From the NCBI RefSeq assembly GCF_003231495.1, contig NZ_PQWO01000001.1, positions 330,001-362,000 of the forward strand: DNA of 32,000 nucleotides, in the 5' to 3' direction. Shown here one piece after another: positions 1 to 7,360 of the stretch. The notes under the pieces were generated by a model that worked only from the letters and a program-made list of their open reading frames with translations, was not told the DNA's origin and did not search any database. The DNA comes from Acaryochloris thomasi RCC1774 (lineage in GTDB: Bacteria > Cyanobacteriota > Cyanobacteriia > Thermosynechococcales > Thermosynechococcaceae). The stretch's first letter is position 1. Each line of letters opens with the position of its first letter. The position numbers were made by a program, and so were the translations under genes.

Positions 1-88
1 CGCGGAGTAAAGACGTAAGCTTAGTAAAAATGAACTGCATAGTTAAATATTCTCCAATCAATGTACTTGAAATAAAACTTTCGGCCCT

Positions 89-514
89 CTAGTTGAGTAG
101 CCCTTTGACGCTATCGGTAATGCCTTCAGCAGCATCCTGAACTTCAGAACCGATATCGCCAGCTGTTCCCTGAACACGGCCTACATCTCGCTTGGCTTTG
201 CCATCCAACTTCTTAGCGACGCCTTCAGCTTTATTCTGCGTATTGCCTACTCGACTTTGAACCTCGCCAGCAGCACCTTGTACAGCACCTTCTAGTTTGT
301 TGCTAGTACCGGCACCGACGGTGGCGTCGAGATCTGACTTGGCCTTGCTGTCTGCTCTGCCAAAGAGGGCTGCCATGGGCTGCGTGGGTGATGCGATCGC
401 AACTCCACCATCGAGTGGTGTACCCAGACTGACAGTGATTACTGTGGCGACTAGGAACAATCCTGTCAAAGCCTTGGCGGCTAACGATCGAATTTTTTTG
501 CTTATAGGTTGCAT
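89..514 (-). CDS. CsbD-like stress-response family protein with N-terminal signal/anchor segment
   Basis: 141-aa ORF with ATG at 512-514 and a GGGAG Shine-Dalgarno about 6 nt upstream on the minus strand. Hydrophobic N-terminus (LTGLFLVATVITVSL), then Lys/Gly/Ala-rich CsbD-type repeats (GAVQGAAGEVQSRVG; KAEGVAKKLDGKAKRDVGRVQG). Family assignment is from motif recall. Confidence 0.6.
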   Translation of the reverse strand: MQPISKKIRSLAAKALTGLFLVATVITVSLGTPLDGGVAIASPTQPMAALFGRADSKAKSDLDATVGAGTSNKLEGAVQGAAGEVQSRVGNTQNKAEGVAKKLDGKAKRDVGRVQGTAGDIGSEVQDAAEGITDSVKGLLN

Positions 515-928
515 AACTTGCTCCCAAAATATAGGTTGGACGACGAATCACCCGACAGCCGGGTCGGCTCAGCAATAGACCGTATCGTTCTTCAATACAG
601 TTCTTGCGAAATAGAACAGATGACTGCTTCAGAGTGAAACAGAGATTGCCAGCTCAATCTGAAAATGCTGTTGAAACAAGACAGCGAACCAAGCTTGAGG
701 CAGACCTCATTACATCCGCTGCATAGCTGCCTTTCTTTGAGCTGACATCAAGTTATCCTGTTCGGCTGAAGCCACACCTCTACCCTGAGATGGATCTCTA
801 AGAAGCCTTGGGATAGACCGTGGCCTTACATCGCCTCAATCCGAAAACATAGTCCCTCGAAAGTGTAGGGAAGAGGCGCACATCACACAAACCGGATCTT
901 TGCAAAACAGGCTGCTGCACAACGGTTG

Positions 929-2407
929 TTAGGGCTGAGGCACCCAGACTGAAATAGAGCCGCCCTGACAACGGAACTCAGCCCAGCCTTCTGCATTGGT
1001 TGTGACGGGCTCATCAACATGCTCGGTGAGATCGATATAGGTGCGATGGGGCTGACCGATCTCCATCCATTTGGTGCCGTCATCGCCGTTGCTGATCACC
1101 ACCGCCACACCGCCAGGATGTTCATCATTACCTAGCCTTGTCCAGCCAAGGCAGTTGGCGTGATCAAAGTAGTCATATTGGTCGCCATATGCGTAGGCTT
1201 GGCGGGCAGAAAGGAACTTATCAATCAGCCATTGGTGACTGTCTAACCAGATTTCGTATTCATTGCCGTCTTTGCCATAGTCTGTATAGTGAGCACCGTA
1301 ATAGTCTGCATAAAAGACGCAGGGGTACCCATCTCGGCGCAGCAGAATCAGCCCGTAGGCTAGAGGCTTAAACCAAGACTCTACAACTGATTCAAGAGCC
1401 TGCAGCGGTTGCGAGTCATGGTTTTCAACCAAGGTGACGGCCAGAGCGGGCTGCTGCTTGACGAGGGTGCCGTCGAAGATTTGTCGCAGGTCATAATTTT
1501 GCCCCTGCTTGCCCGCTTCGGTGAAGTTGTAGTGCAGCGGTGCATCAAAGAGCATGACATCACCCCCCGTAACTGAGACAAAGTGGTGGAGGGCTTCAAT
1601 CTCGTCAGACCAATACTCTCCCACGGCAAATAACTTTTTCCCTGACACCTGACGACAGTGGTTAAGCCAATCGGGAAAGAAATTAGCCTTTACATGCTTA
1701 ACGGCATCGAACCGGAATCCGTCAACTTGGGTAGTGTCTACATACCAAGCTCCCCAGCGCATGAGTTCATCTCGAACCTCAGGATGCTCCATGTCTAGAT
1801 CACAGCCCATGAGGTAGTCAAAAACACCTTTTTCTAGATCGACATTGTTGTCAAAGGCTTTGCCTTCAAACAGGTAGACTGCCTGTTGTTCATCGTTGTA
1901 GGCGTTGTAGTCTACTGCATCGAAGTGCCACCAGTGCCATTCCATTTCGGAGTATTTGCCCTGCCGCCCTGGAAACGTATAGTGGGTCCAAACCTTAACG
2001 GTTTGCGGCGCGCCGATGGGCTGGTTGCGATCGTGGGGGTTAAGAGGCGTGGCTTTGGCTTCTTCTTCATGATCAGCCCCTAGCTTGTGATTAAGCACGA
2101 CATCAGCATAGACGCGAATGCCAGCGTCATGGGCAGCATCAATAGCCGCAAGATATTCGTCCTTGGTGCCGTACTTCGTGGGGATAGAGCCTTTTTGGTC
2201 GAATTCACCGAGGTCGTAGATATCATAAACGCCGTAGCCGACATCGTAGCCGCCTCCTTGTCCTTTATAGGCGGGGGGCAGCCAGAGTGACGTAATGCCC
2301 CTGTCAGCGAGAAACTGCGCCTGTTTTTTCACTTCTTGCCAGAGGCTACCGCCAGGGGGAGAGTACCAGTGAAAGTACTGCATCATGACGCCATTAGGAT
2401 TCGACAT
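929..2407 (-). CDS. amyA: Cytoplasmic alpha-amylase, glycoside hydrolase family 13 (E. coli AmyA / Bacillus licheniformis type)
   Basis: 492-aa ORF with no signal peptide. N-terminus MQYFHWY...LWLPPAYKG. GH13 conserved regions are present: DVVLNH (I), GFRFDAVKH (II), VGEYW (III), LVENHDSQP (IV). The C-terminus GGSISVWV resembles AmyA. Confidence 0.88.
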   Translation of the reverse strand: MSNPNGVMMQYFHWYSPPGGSLWQEVKKQAQFLADRGITSLWLPPAYKGQGGGYDVGYGVYDIYDLGEFDQKGSIPTKYGTKDEYLAAIDAAHDAGIRVYADVVLNHKLGADHEEEAKATPLNPHDRNQPIGAPQTVKVWTHYTFPGRQGKYSEMEWHWWHFDAVDYNAYNDEQQAVYLFEGKAFDNNVDLEKGVFDYLMGCDLDMEHPEVRDELMRWGAWYVDTTQVDGFRFDAVKHVKANFFPDWLNHCRQVSGKKLFAVGEYWSDEIEALHHFVSVTGGDVMLFDAPLHYNFTEAGKQGQNYDLRQIFDGTLVKQQPALAVTLVENHDSQPLQALESVVESWFKPLAYGLILLRRDGYPCVFYADYYGAHYTDYGKDGNEYEIWLDSHQWLIDKFLSARQAYAYGDQYDYFDHANCLGWTRLGNDEHPGGVAVVISNGDDGTKWMEIGQPHRTYIDLTEHVDEPVTTNAEGWAEFRCQGGSISVWVPQP

Positions 2408-2820
2408 TACAGTGGCCTTCTATTGAGAGGGGTTAGGAGTACGGCTGTCCGTACAGGATGCTCATGGTGGGGAAGTGTAGCGCTCTGAATACGAATGGAG
2501 CCTCCATCCCAAGATAGATCGCACTGACGGATCTCTATCTTTTAGCAGAGTCAAGTTTTAGAAATCTCATTCTCTAGGGGTGTTACTCTTTATGTAGATT
2601 GCAATACATTATTGCTGTGATGTTAACCAACCTTATTGGTTGACAACCCGGTTTGAAAATCCATCGCACCGTTATTGGCAACTTGAGGTGTTTTAATTCT
2701 CTCAATTTGCCTTTGGTTGTATCGGCCTTGCTTCGGCAGAGCCTCCTACCATTGCCAACTTATGAGTGTTTGTAGGCTCTCGGCTTGTCGGTAACGGTCT
2801 TAAATGAAGGAGAAGTCACT

Positions 2821-3228
2821 GTGCCCGCAGCATCAAAGCCCACGATTGGTCAGTTAGAACGATCGCTATCTCAAAAGATTCAGGCTCTGTACCGAGAACA
2901 GCTAGGGCATTTACCCAGTAAAGTCACCTGCCAGATCTTCGGTGAGAAGCTGGCGGTCGTGATCGAAGATTCGCTCACTCAGCCCGAGAAGCTGTTAGTG
3001 GAAGAAGGACAAAAAGATTTAGCAACGCAGGTCCGCAGCGATCTGGACGATGCCATTCAGCCTCAGCTCAAGACTGTGATTGAGGATATTTTAGGGGTTC
3101 AGGTTTTAGATGTCCTCAGTGACGCAACGCTCTCGACAGGGCGCACCGGGCTGATCGCAGTTCTAGACAAGACACCTGAAGTGCGGAACCCTGCATCGAT
3201 TCCGAAGGCCAAATCGAAGGCGGGTTAA
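2821..3228 (+). CDS. DUF2294 (MpsC-like) family protein, paralogue 1
   Basis: The ORF is open from TTG 2785. I prefer GTG 2821 because AAGGAG (2807-2812) lies 8 nt upstream. Family-like core: LERSLSQKIQALYREQLGHLPSKV...SLTQPEKLL...TGRTGLIAVL. Family call is from recall of the DUF2294 pattern. Confidence 0.6.
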   Translation: MPAASKPTIGQLERSLSQKIQALYREQLGHLPSKVTCQIFGEKLAVVIEDSLTQPEKLLVEEGQKDLATQVRSDLDDAIQPQLKTVIEDILGVQVLDVLSDATLSTGRTGLIAVLDKTPEVRNPASIPKAKSKAG

Positions 3229-3279
3229 GGGGTACTTGAAAGATCCCGTCAAGTGTTTCTGTCTTAGAGAGAGCAAGCA

Positions 3280-3672
3280 ATGTCTACCGATTCTCAAACC
3301 GTTGAACAGCTCTTGGCTGCCCGAGTCACTTCAACGTATCAAATGCTGATGGGGCACCCCTTAAAACAGGTCTCCTGCCATTTCTTGAGCACCCACGCCA
3401 TTGCTATCCTTTTAGAGGGTGCGATCACACAGCCAGAGAAGCTTCTGCTCAGTAGCGGCTATGGCGAGCTGGTACAGGTTATTCGGCAGCGCCTCAATGA
3501 CATCATTCGGCCCCGCATCGTTGCTGAGGTGGAAGCTGTTCTGCAAAGAGGGGTGATCGATTCACCCAACGACGTCAAGTTTGAGTCAGACCGCATGAGC
3601 TTTATTTTGGTTCTGACAGAGCCATCGAATAAGGTACAAAACGACCTGTTTGAGAATGCTGCAGGGGGATAA
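3280..3672 (+). CDS. DUF2294 (MpsC-like) family protein, paralogue 2
   Basis: 130-aa ORF starting 51 nt after paralogue 1. It shares the ITQPEKLL motif and the following helix with paralogue 1 (QVIRQRLNDIIRPRIVAEVEAVL versus QVRSDLDDAIQPQLKTVIEDIL). Its 3' end overlaps the convergent receiver gene by 71 nt. Confidence 0.6.
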   Translation: MSTDSQTVEQLLAARVTSTYQMLMGHPLKQVSCHFLSTHAIAILLEGAITQPEKLLLSSGYGELVQVIRQRLNDIIRPRIVAEVEAVLQRGVIDSPNDVKFESDRMSFILVLTEPSNKVQNDLFENAAGG

Positions 3673-4102
3673 GGGCCAAGTAAGGACAGAGTATATTGGC
3701 GAGATCTTCAAGCAAATATGGTTTGCTCAAGCAATGAGCACAGCCCGCATCGAGAAGCCGCTGTCGATCGATAGCGCTAGACAATGCCGTGACCGCTACT
3801 ACTGTGGCTAGGGCCGACTGTTCATATTGCTTAAACTGATCCAGTAGCTCTAGGCCCGAGAAGTCAGGCAGAACAGCATCCAAAAGAACGATATCTGGGG
3901 CAGATGCGATCGCAACCCGCAGCCCTTCCACGGCTGTTGCAGCAGTCAAACATCGGCAGCCCAACTGCTCTAGAACATAAACAGCGATCTGCCGACAGTC
4001 TTCACTGTCGTCAATAATCAGGGCGATAGGCTGGGTCGATGCGGCCAAGTGACTCGGGATAATGCATGTTTGCCCAACCCGCAAACTCAAGCTTGGAATC
4101 AT
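3602..4102 (-). CDS. Orphan single-domain response regulator (CheY-like receiver)
   Basis: 166-aa ORF. Receiver signature residues are present: IIDDSED, phospho-acceptor context IVLLDAVLPDFSG, VVAVTAL and CLSKPY. There is no output domain, only a non-conserved-looking tail of about 30 aa. Confidence 0.78.
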   Translation of the reverse strand: MIPSLSLRVGQTCIIPSHLAASTQPIALIIDDSEDCRQIAVYVLEQLGCRCLTAATAVEGLRVAIASAPDIVLLDAVLPDFSGLELLDQFKQYEQSALATVVAVTALSSAIDRQRLLDAGCAHCLSKPYLLEDLANILCPYLALIPLQHSQTGRFVPYSMALSEPK

Positions 4103-4364
4103 GGACTGGATCTACCTTACAGTCAGCGTGCGTAGGCAGTCCTTTTGCAGAGTCTAATTTCTGAGAAAGGATGGCTATTGAAAGGACTCAGGTTGTCTTT
4201 TTACTCGGTTTTTAGCGGAGCGAAGAAAAACAAGCTAAATATTAATATTAAGCGGAATGCCAAACCACTGTTCGAGAACCGCTTAGAGCCATTGTAGCAA
4301 ATCAAAACTTGGCTTACCAACTCTTCGACTTCCTGTGTGCTTTTCGGCTTTTTCAGCAGCCATG

Positions 4365-4405
4365 ACGCTTAGAATTTCTATCGCAGAGCCAAGAAATTTA
4401 AGCGT
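4365..4405. other. Long imperfect inverted repeat in the intergenic region upstream of the MscS-family gene
   Basis: acgcttagaatttct (4365-4379) pairs with agaaatttaagcgt (4392-4405), giving 14 bp with one bulged G and a 12-nt loop. Function unknown. Confidence 0.5.
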
Positions 4406-4488
4406 AAGTCTCTATCTTTTGCTAGAGGTGCATCGTCCAACTTTATCTTTTAATTGGGTGGCACCTGATATTGATTAAGCTGAGGTAA

Positions 4489-4507
4489 CCTTGAGGATGC
4501 CTCAAGG
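4489..4507 (+). promoter_or_regulatory. Perfect 8-bp stem with 3-nt loop, 37 nt upstream of the MscS-family start codon (possible 5'-UTR structure)
   Basis: ccttgagg (4489-4496), atg, cctcaagg (4500-4507). The structure is seen directly; a regulatory role is speculative. Confidence 0.3.
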
Positions 4508-4543
4508 GAAAACCAGATCCTTTAACACTATATTTAGCCTGCT

Positions 4544-5455
4544 ATGAGTGACTTTTTACAGGAAATAAAGGAAACGCTGCTGGAGCTAGTCGGTAAAAGT
4601 ATTGCCTCTCTGCCCGGCATCCTTTTTGCTATTTTCGTTTTATTAGTGGTTCGCTACGTCGCAGGTTTCGTGAAGCGGCTATCCTCTCGGGTTGCTCGGA
4701 AAGCGCTCAAGAGTCGGTCTCTACAGACACTGATCGCGCAAACCAGCTATGTCTTGACCTGGACTGCAGGCATTCTGGTTGCCTGTATTTCTGCCTTTCC
4801 TGGTTTGGAGCTAGGGGATATCATCGCCCTCTTAGGGCTAGGTTCCGTTGCTGTTGGTTTTGCCTTCCAGGATATTTTTAAAAACTTTTTGGCTGGGATT
4901 TTACTGCTACTACAGGAGCCGTTTTCTCTAGGCGACCAGATTATCGTTGCAGACTACGAAGGCACCGTGGACAGCATTGCCCTGCGCTCGACTCAGATTC
5001 GCACCTATCAGGGTGAGCTAATTGTGATGCCGAATTCAATTGTGTTCACGAGTCCGGTACAGGTGCTGACGAAGAAACCGCATCGCCGAACGGATCTAGA
5101 AATTGGCGTGGACTACAATACGCCACTACCGATGGCAAGAGACACACTTTTAAACGCACTCAACGACATCGACGGGGTCCAGCTCGACCCGCGGCCTGAG
5201 GTTGATATTGTGGGTTTCGGAGATAGCTCGATTAATTTGGTGGTTCGCTACTGGACAGCACCGCAAAAAGCGAAGGTGCGACGGACGATGACTCAGGTGA
5301 TGATTGCGCTCAAGCAAGCTTGCGATCGCAAAGATATTTCTATCCCCTATCCTATTCGGACGGTGTATATGTTTGATCAAGAAAAGTTTGACGATCACAC
5401 CGCCAGCAGCAACGGTCGTGAGCAACCCCAATCGACCCCTTCGAGTGCAGACTAG
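4544..5455 (+). CDS. Small-conductance mechanosensitive channel, MscS family
   Basis: 303-aa ORF with three N-terminal hydrophobic helices. MscS pore and beta-domain signature: GFAFQDIFKNFLAGILLLLQEPFSLGDQI...GTVDSIALRSTQIRTYQGELIVMPNS. Confidence 0.87.
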   Translation: MSDFLQEIKETLLELVGKSIASLPGILFAIFVLLVVRYVAGFVKRLSSRVARKALKSRSLQTLIAQTSYVLTWTAGILVACISAFPGLELGDIIALLGLGSVAVGFAFQDIFKNFLAGILLLLQEPFSLGDQIIVADYEGTVDSIALRSTQIRTYQGELIVMPNSIVFTSPVQVLTKKPHRRTDLEIGVDYNTPLPMARDTLLNALNDIDGVQLDPRPEVDIVGFGDSSINLVVRYWTAPQKAKVRRTMTQVMIALKQACDRKDISIPYPIRTVYMFDQEKFDDHTASSNGREQPQSTPSSAD

Positions 5456-5522
5456 AATCGTCTTGAAGGCATTCTGAACTCGAACCCAGATTTAGTATTT
5501 GTTGAAGCATGGAGACCCATCA

Positions 5523-6455
5523 ATGGTGATTACGGCAGAGAAGCTTGAGAAGCCTAACTGGTTTACGACGACCTTCAAGCTTCAAGGCTCGATTGTCCCG
5601 ATGATTTTCCCGCGCGTTCTTTTGTTCTGCGGTTTGGCTGCCGGTGTCTCGCTGCTGTATACCTCTGACCTACCGATCTATTTAGAAAAGCTGGGTGAAC
5701 TCACCACGAACGTTATCTATAACCTCATCCTCGGCTTGCTGATTGTATTTCGCACCAATACCTCCTACGACCGTTTCTGGGAAGGGCGCAAAGCGTGGGG
5801 ATCTTTAGTGGTCAACACCCGCAACCTAGCCCAAGAACTGCAGGTTGCACTCTCAGGCAATGAACAAGAGAAACAAGACGCCATTCGATTGCTGTCGGCC
5901 TTTGCGATCGCAACCAAGCTCCACCTCCGCGACGAAGACATTAACGATGAACTCAAGGAGCAAGTAACACCTGCCCAACTCCAGCAGCTTGAAACAGCCA
6001 AGCATCGTCCCCTGATCATTGTTTTCTGGATCCGCAGCTATCTGCAACAGCAGATGAAAGAGGGCAACATTATTGAAGCCCAGGTTGCATCCGCCAATGT
6101 CATGCTCAATAGCTTAGTCGAAGGCATTAGTGGTTGTGAACGGATTGTGACAACACCCATCCCCGTTGCCTACCGGATTTTTCTCAAGCGCCTGATTTTG
6201 ATTTACTGCATTGGCCTCCCCTTCCGGGTCGTGCCTGAAATAACCTGGTGGTCAATCCCAGTCATGGCAATTGTCAGCTTTTTGCTGCTGGGCGTTGAAG
6301 AGGTTGGCCGAGAGCTTGAGAACCCCTTTGGCTATGGCGCTAACGACTTGCCCCTAGACACTATCTGTGGCGCGATTGTAAACACTATCGAAAACACGCT
6401 TTCTCTCGGAAAGCCAGTCTTGCCAGAAAAAGAACTTCAGGCTCTCTCCTCATAG
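5523..6455 (+). CDS. Bestrophin-family (UPF0187/YneE-like) anion channel protein
   Basis: The ORF is open from TTG 5499. I prefer ATG 5523 because GGAGA lies 7 nt upstream. Family motif FRTNTSYDRFWEGRKAWG, plus hydrophobic helices and the C-terminal segment ENPFGYGANDLPLD. Confidence 0.8.
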   Translation: MVITAEKLEKPNWFTTTFKLQGSIVPMIFPRVLLFCGLAAGVSLLYTSDLPIYLEKLGELTTNVIYNLILGLLIVFRTNTSYDRFWEGRKAWGSLVVNTRNLAQELQVALSGNEQEKQDAIRLLSAFAIATKLHLRDEDINDELKEQVTPAQLQQLETAKHRPLIIVFWIRSYLQQQMKEGNIIEAQVASANVMLNSLVEGISGCERIVTTPIPVAYRIFLKRLILIYCIGLPFRVVPEITWWSIPVMAIVSFLLLGVEEVGRELENPFGYGANDLPLDTICGAIVNTIENTLSLGKPVLPEKELQALSS

Positions 6456-6532
6456 AGCCACTTCCAGGCCCTCACGGCAGGCAGGAACAACTGCGTCAGC
6501 GCCTGAGAATAGGCGCGACGACAAACGACAGC

Positions 6533-6577
6533 AAAAACGGTGGCAGTCCCTGCGTTGAACTAGCCACCGTTTCTATA
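6533..6577 (-). terminator. Rho-independent terminator for the minus-strand small-gene pair, possibly also acting on the plus-strand bestrophin-family gene
   Basis: Perfect 10-bp stem aaacggtggc (6535-6544) / gccaccgttt (6563-6572). On the minus strand the GC-rich stem runs into TTTTTGC. It lies 37 nt downstream of the stop at 6609. Confidence 0.7.
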
Positions 6578-6608
6578 TCTATATGCTGCCGTATATGCGC
6601 ATCTGAAA

Positions 6609-6848
6609 TCAAACGGCTTCTATTCGACTCAACTGCTGACAAGGGATGCGATCGCAAACAATAGACGCAGCATTGTGATGTGTACAAACCTCTAGCTTTG
6701 CCTGAGGTGCAGCCTCAAAGACAAAGGACTGTCCTGGAGCCAGCGTTCGCTCAAACTCAGCCCCAGGATTGCCACAAAGGCGGATCACTTGAATGAGATC
6801 GCCCTTATTTTTGTAGGAATAAGTAAATTCAGCGTTGAGCTTGATCAT
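6609..6848 (-). CDS. DUF1830-family protein (cyanobacteria-restricted, unknown function)
   Basis: 79-aa ORF. FERTLAPGQSFVFEAAPQAKLEVCTHHNAASIVCDRIPCQQL matches my recollection of the DUF1830 core (FERVVFPGQRLLFEA.PEA.LEIHT...ASAIL.D.IPC..L). Its ATG overlaps the upstream gene's stop as ATGA (6845-6848). Confidence 0.6.
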   Translation of the reverse strand: MIKLNAEFTYSYKNKGDLIQVIRLCGNPGAEFERTLAPGQSFVFEAAPQAKLEVCTHHNAASIVCDRIPCQQLSRIEAV

Positions 6849-7114
6849 GCATTTGGCTTGCGTACCGTACCCAAATCAGATGCTGAGTCCGGTGCAATGG
6901 TCACGCCTGGTATCTTAGTGGCTCGCTGCCGTTCAGTGATCAAGTCCGACAGCTCCTGAACATCAACACCGATCTCTTGGCAAGCAGCCTGCAACTGTTC
7001 AATGAAGTTTTCAGTATCTTCACCATATCCACACTGCTTTGCAGCCACCTCAAGTCCCTGCTTTGAGTTTGCCTTTGCGCAATCAATGAGATTGAGCCCT
7101 GTTAACGGTGCCAT
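6845..7114 (-). CDS. Hypothetical 89-aa protein, translationally coupled to the DUF1830 gene
   Basis: ATG at 7112-7114. The stop TGA overlaps the downstream ATG. No family recognised. Acidic helical core: EDTENFIEQLQAACQEIGVDVQELSDLITE. Confidence 0.5.
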   Translation of the reverse strand: MAPLTGLNLIDCAKANSKQGLEVAAKQCGYGEDTENFIEQLQAACQEIGVDVQELSDLITERQRATKIPGVTIAPDSASDLGTVRKPNA

Positions 7115-7310
7115 ACTTTAATCTGTCCTTTTAACTTGAATCTATATTGCGGAAAGCGCTGGACCGCCAGCGAACGCAACGTATAAAGATGGCGGCTATC
7201 GGCCGCCTTCTTCATTATTAAATATTTCAGCAGTTACAGCATCCCTCAAAAGATAGGGGTTGCTTTCCGCTATTGAATGAATTGATGTACAGGAGACTCC
7301 AATACAAGCA

Positions 7311-7344
7311 GCTCCTCCTGTCCGAAGGATCGAACAGGAGGAGC
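7311..7344 (-). terminator. Stem-loop immediately downstream of the SLH-protein gene
   Basis: Perfect 11-bp stem gctcctcctgt (7311-7321) / acaggaggagc (7334-7344) with a 12-nt loop, 17 nt after the stop at 7361. The minus-strand trailing sequence tgcttgtatt is only moderately U-rich. Confidence 0.5.
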
Positions 7345-7360
7345 CAAATCACGCCGTCAT

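Noticed and set aside
2594-2607. GTA-N8-TAC (gtagattgcaatac), which matches the NtcA-binding consensus, in the divergent region between amyA and the DUF2294 genes.
   Set aside because: The 6 specified bases are expected by chance about once per 4 kb. I could not find a correctly spaced TAN3T -10 box about 22 nt downstream on either strand. I note it only as a low-probability site.
6496-6687. 63-aa minus-strand ORF overlapping the 3' end of the DUF1830 gene and the terminator hairpin.
   Set aside because: It is out of frame with the motif-bearing DUF1830 ORF and runs through the terminator stem. Its composition is implausible.
6609-7114. Reading the overlapping 89-aa and 79-aa gene pair as a toxin-antitoxin module.
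   Set aside because: Size and coupling fit, but neither protein shows a motif I recognise from known toxin or antitoxin folds. DUF1830 is, as far as I recall, a broadly conserved cyanobacterial core-type family rather than a mobile accessory one.
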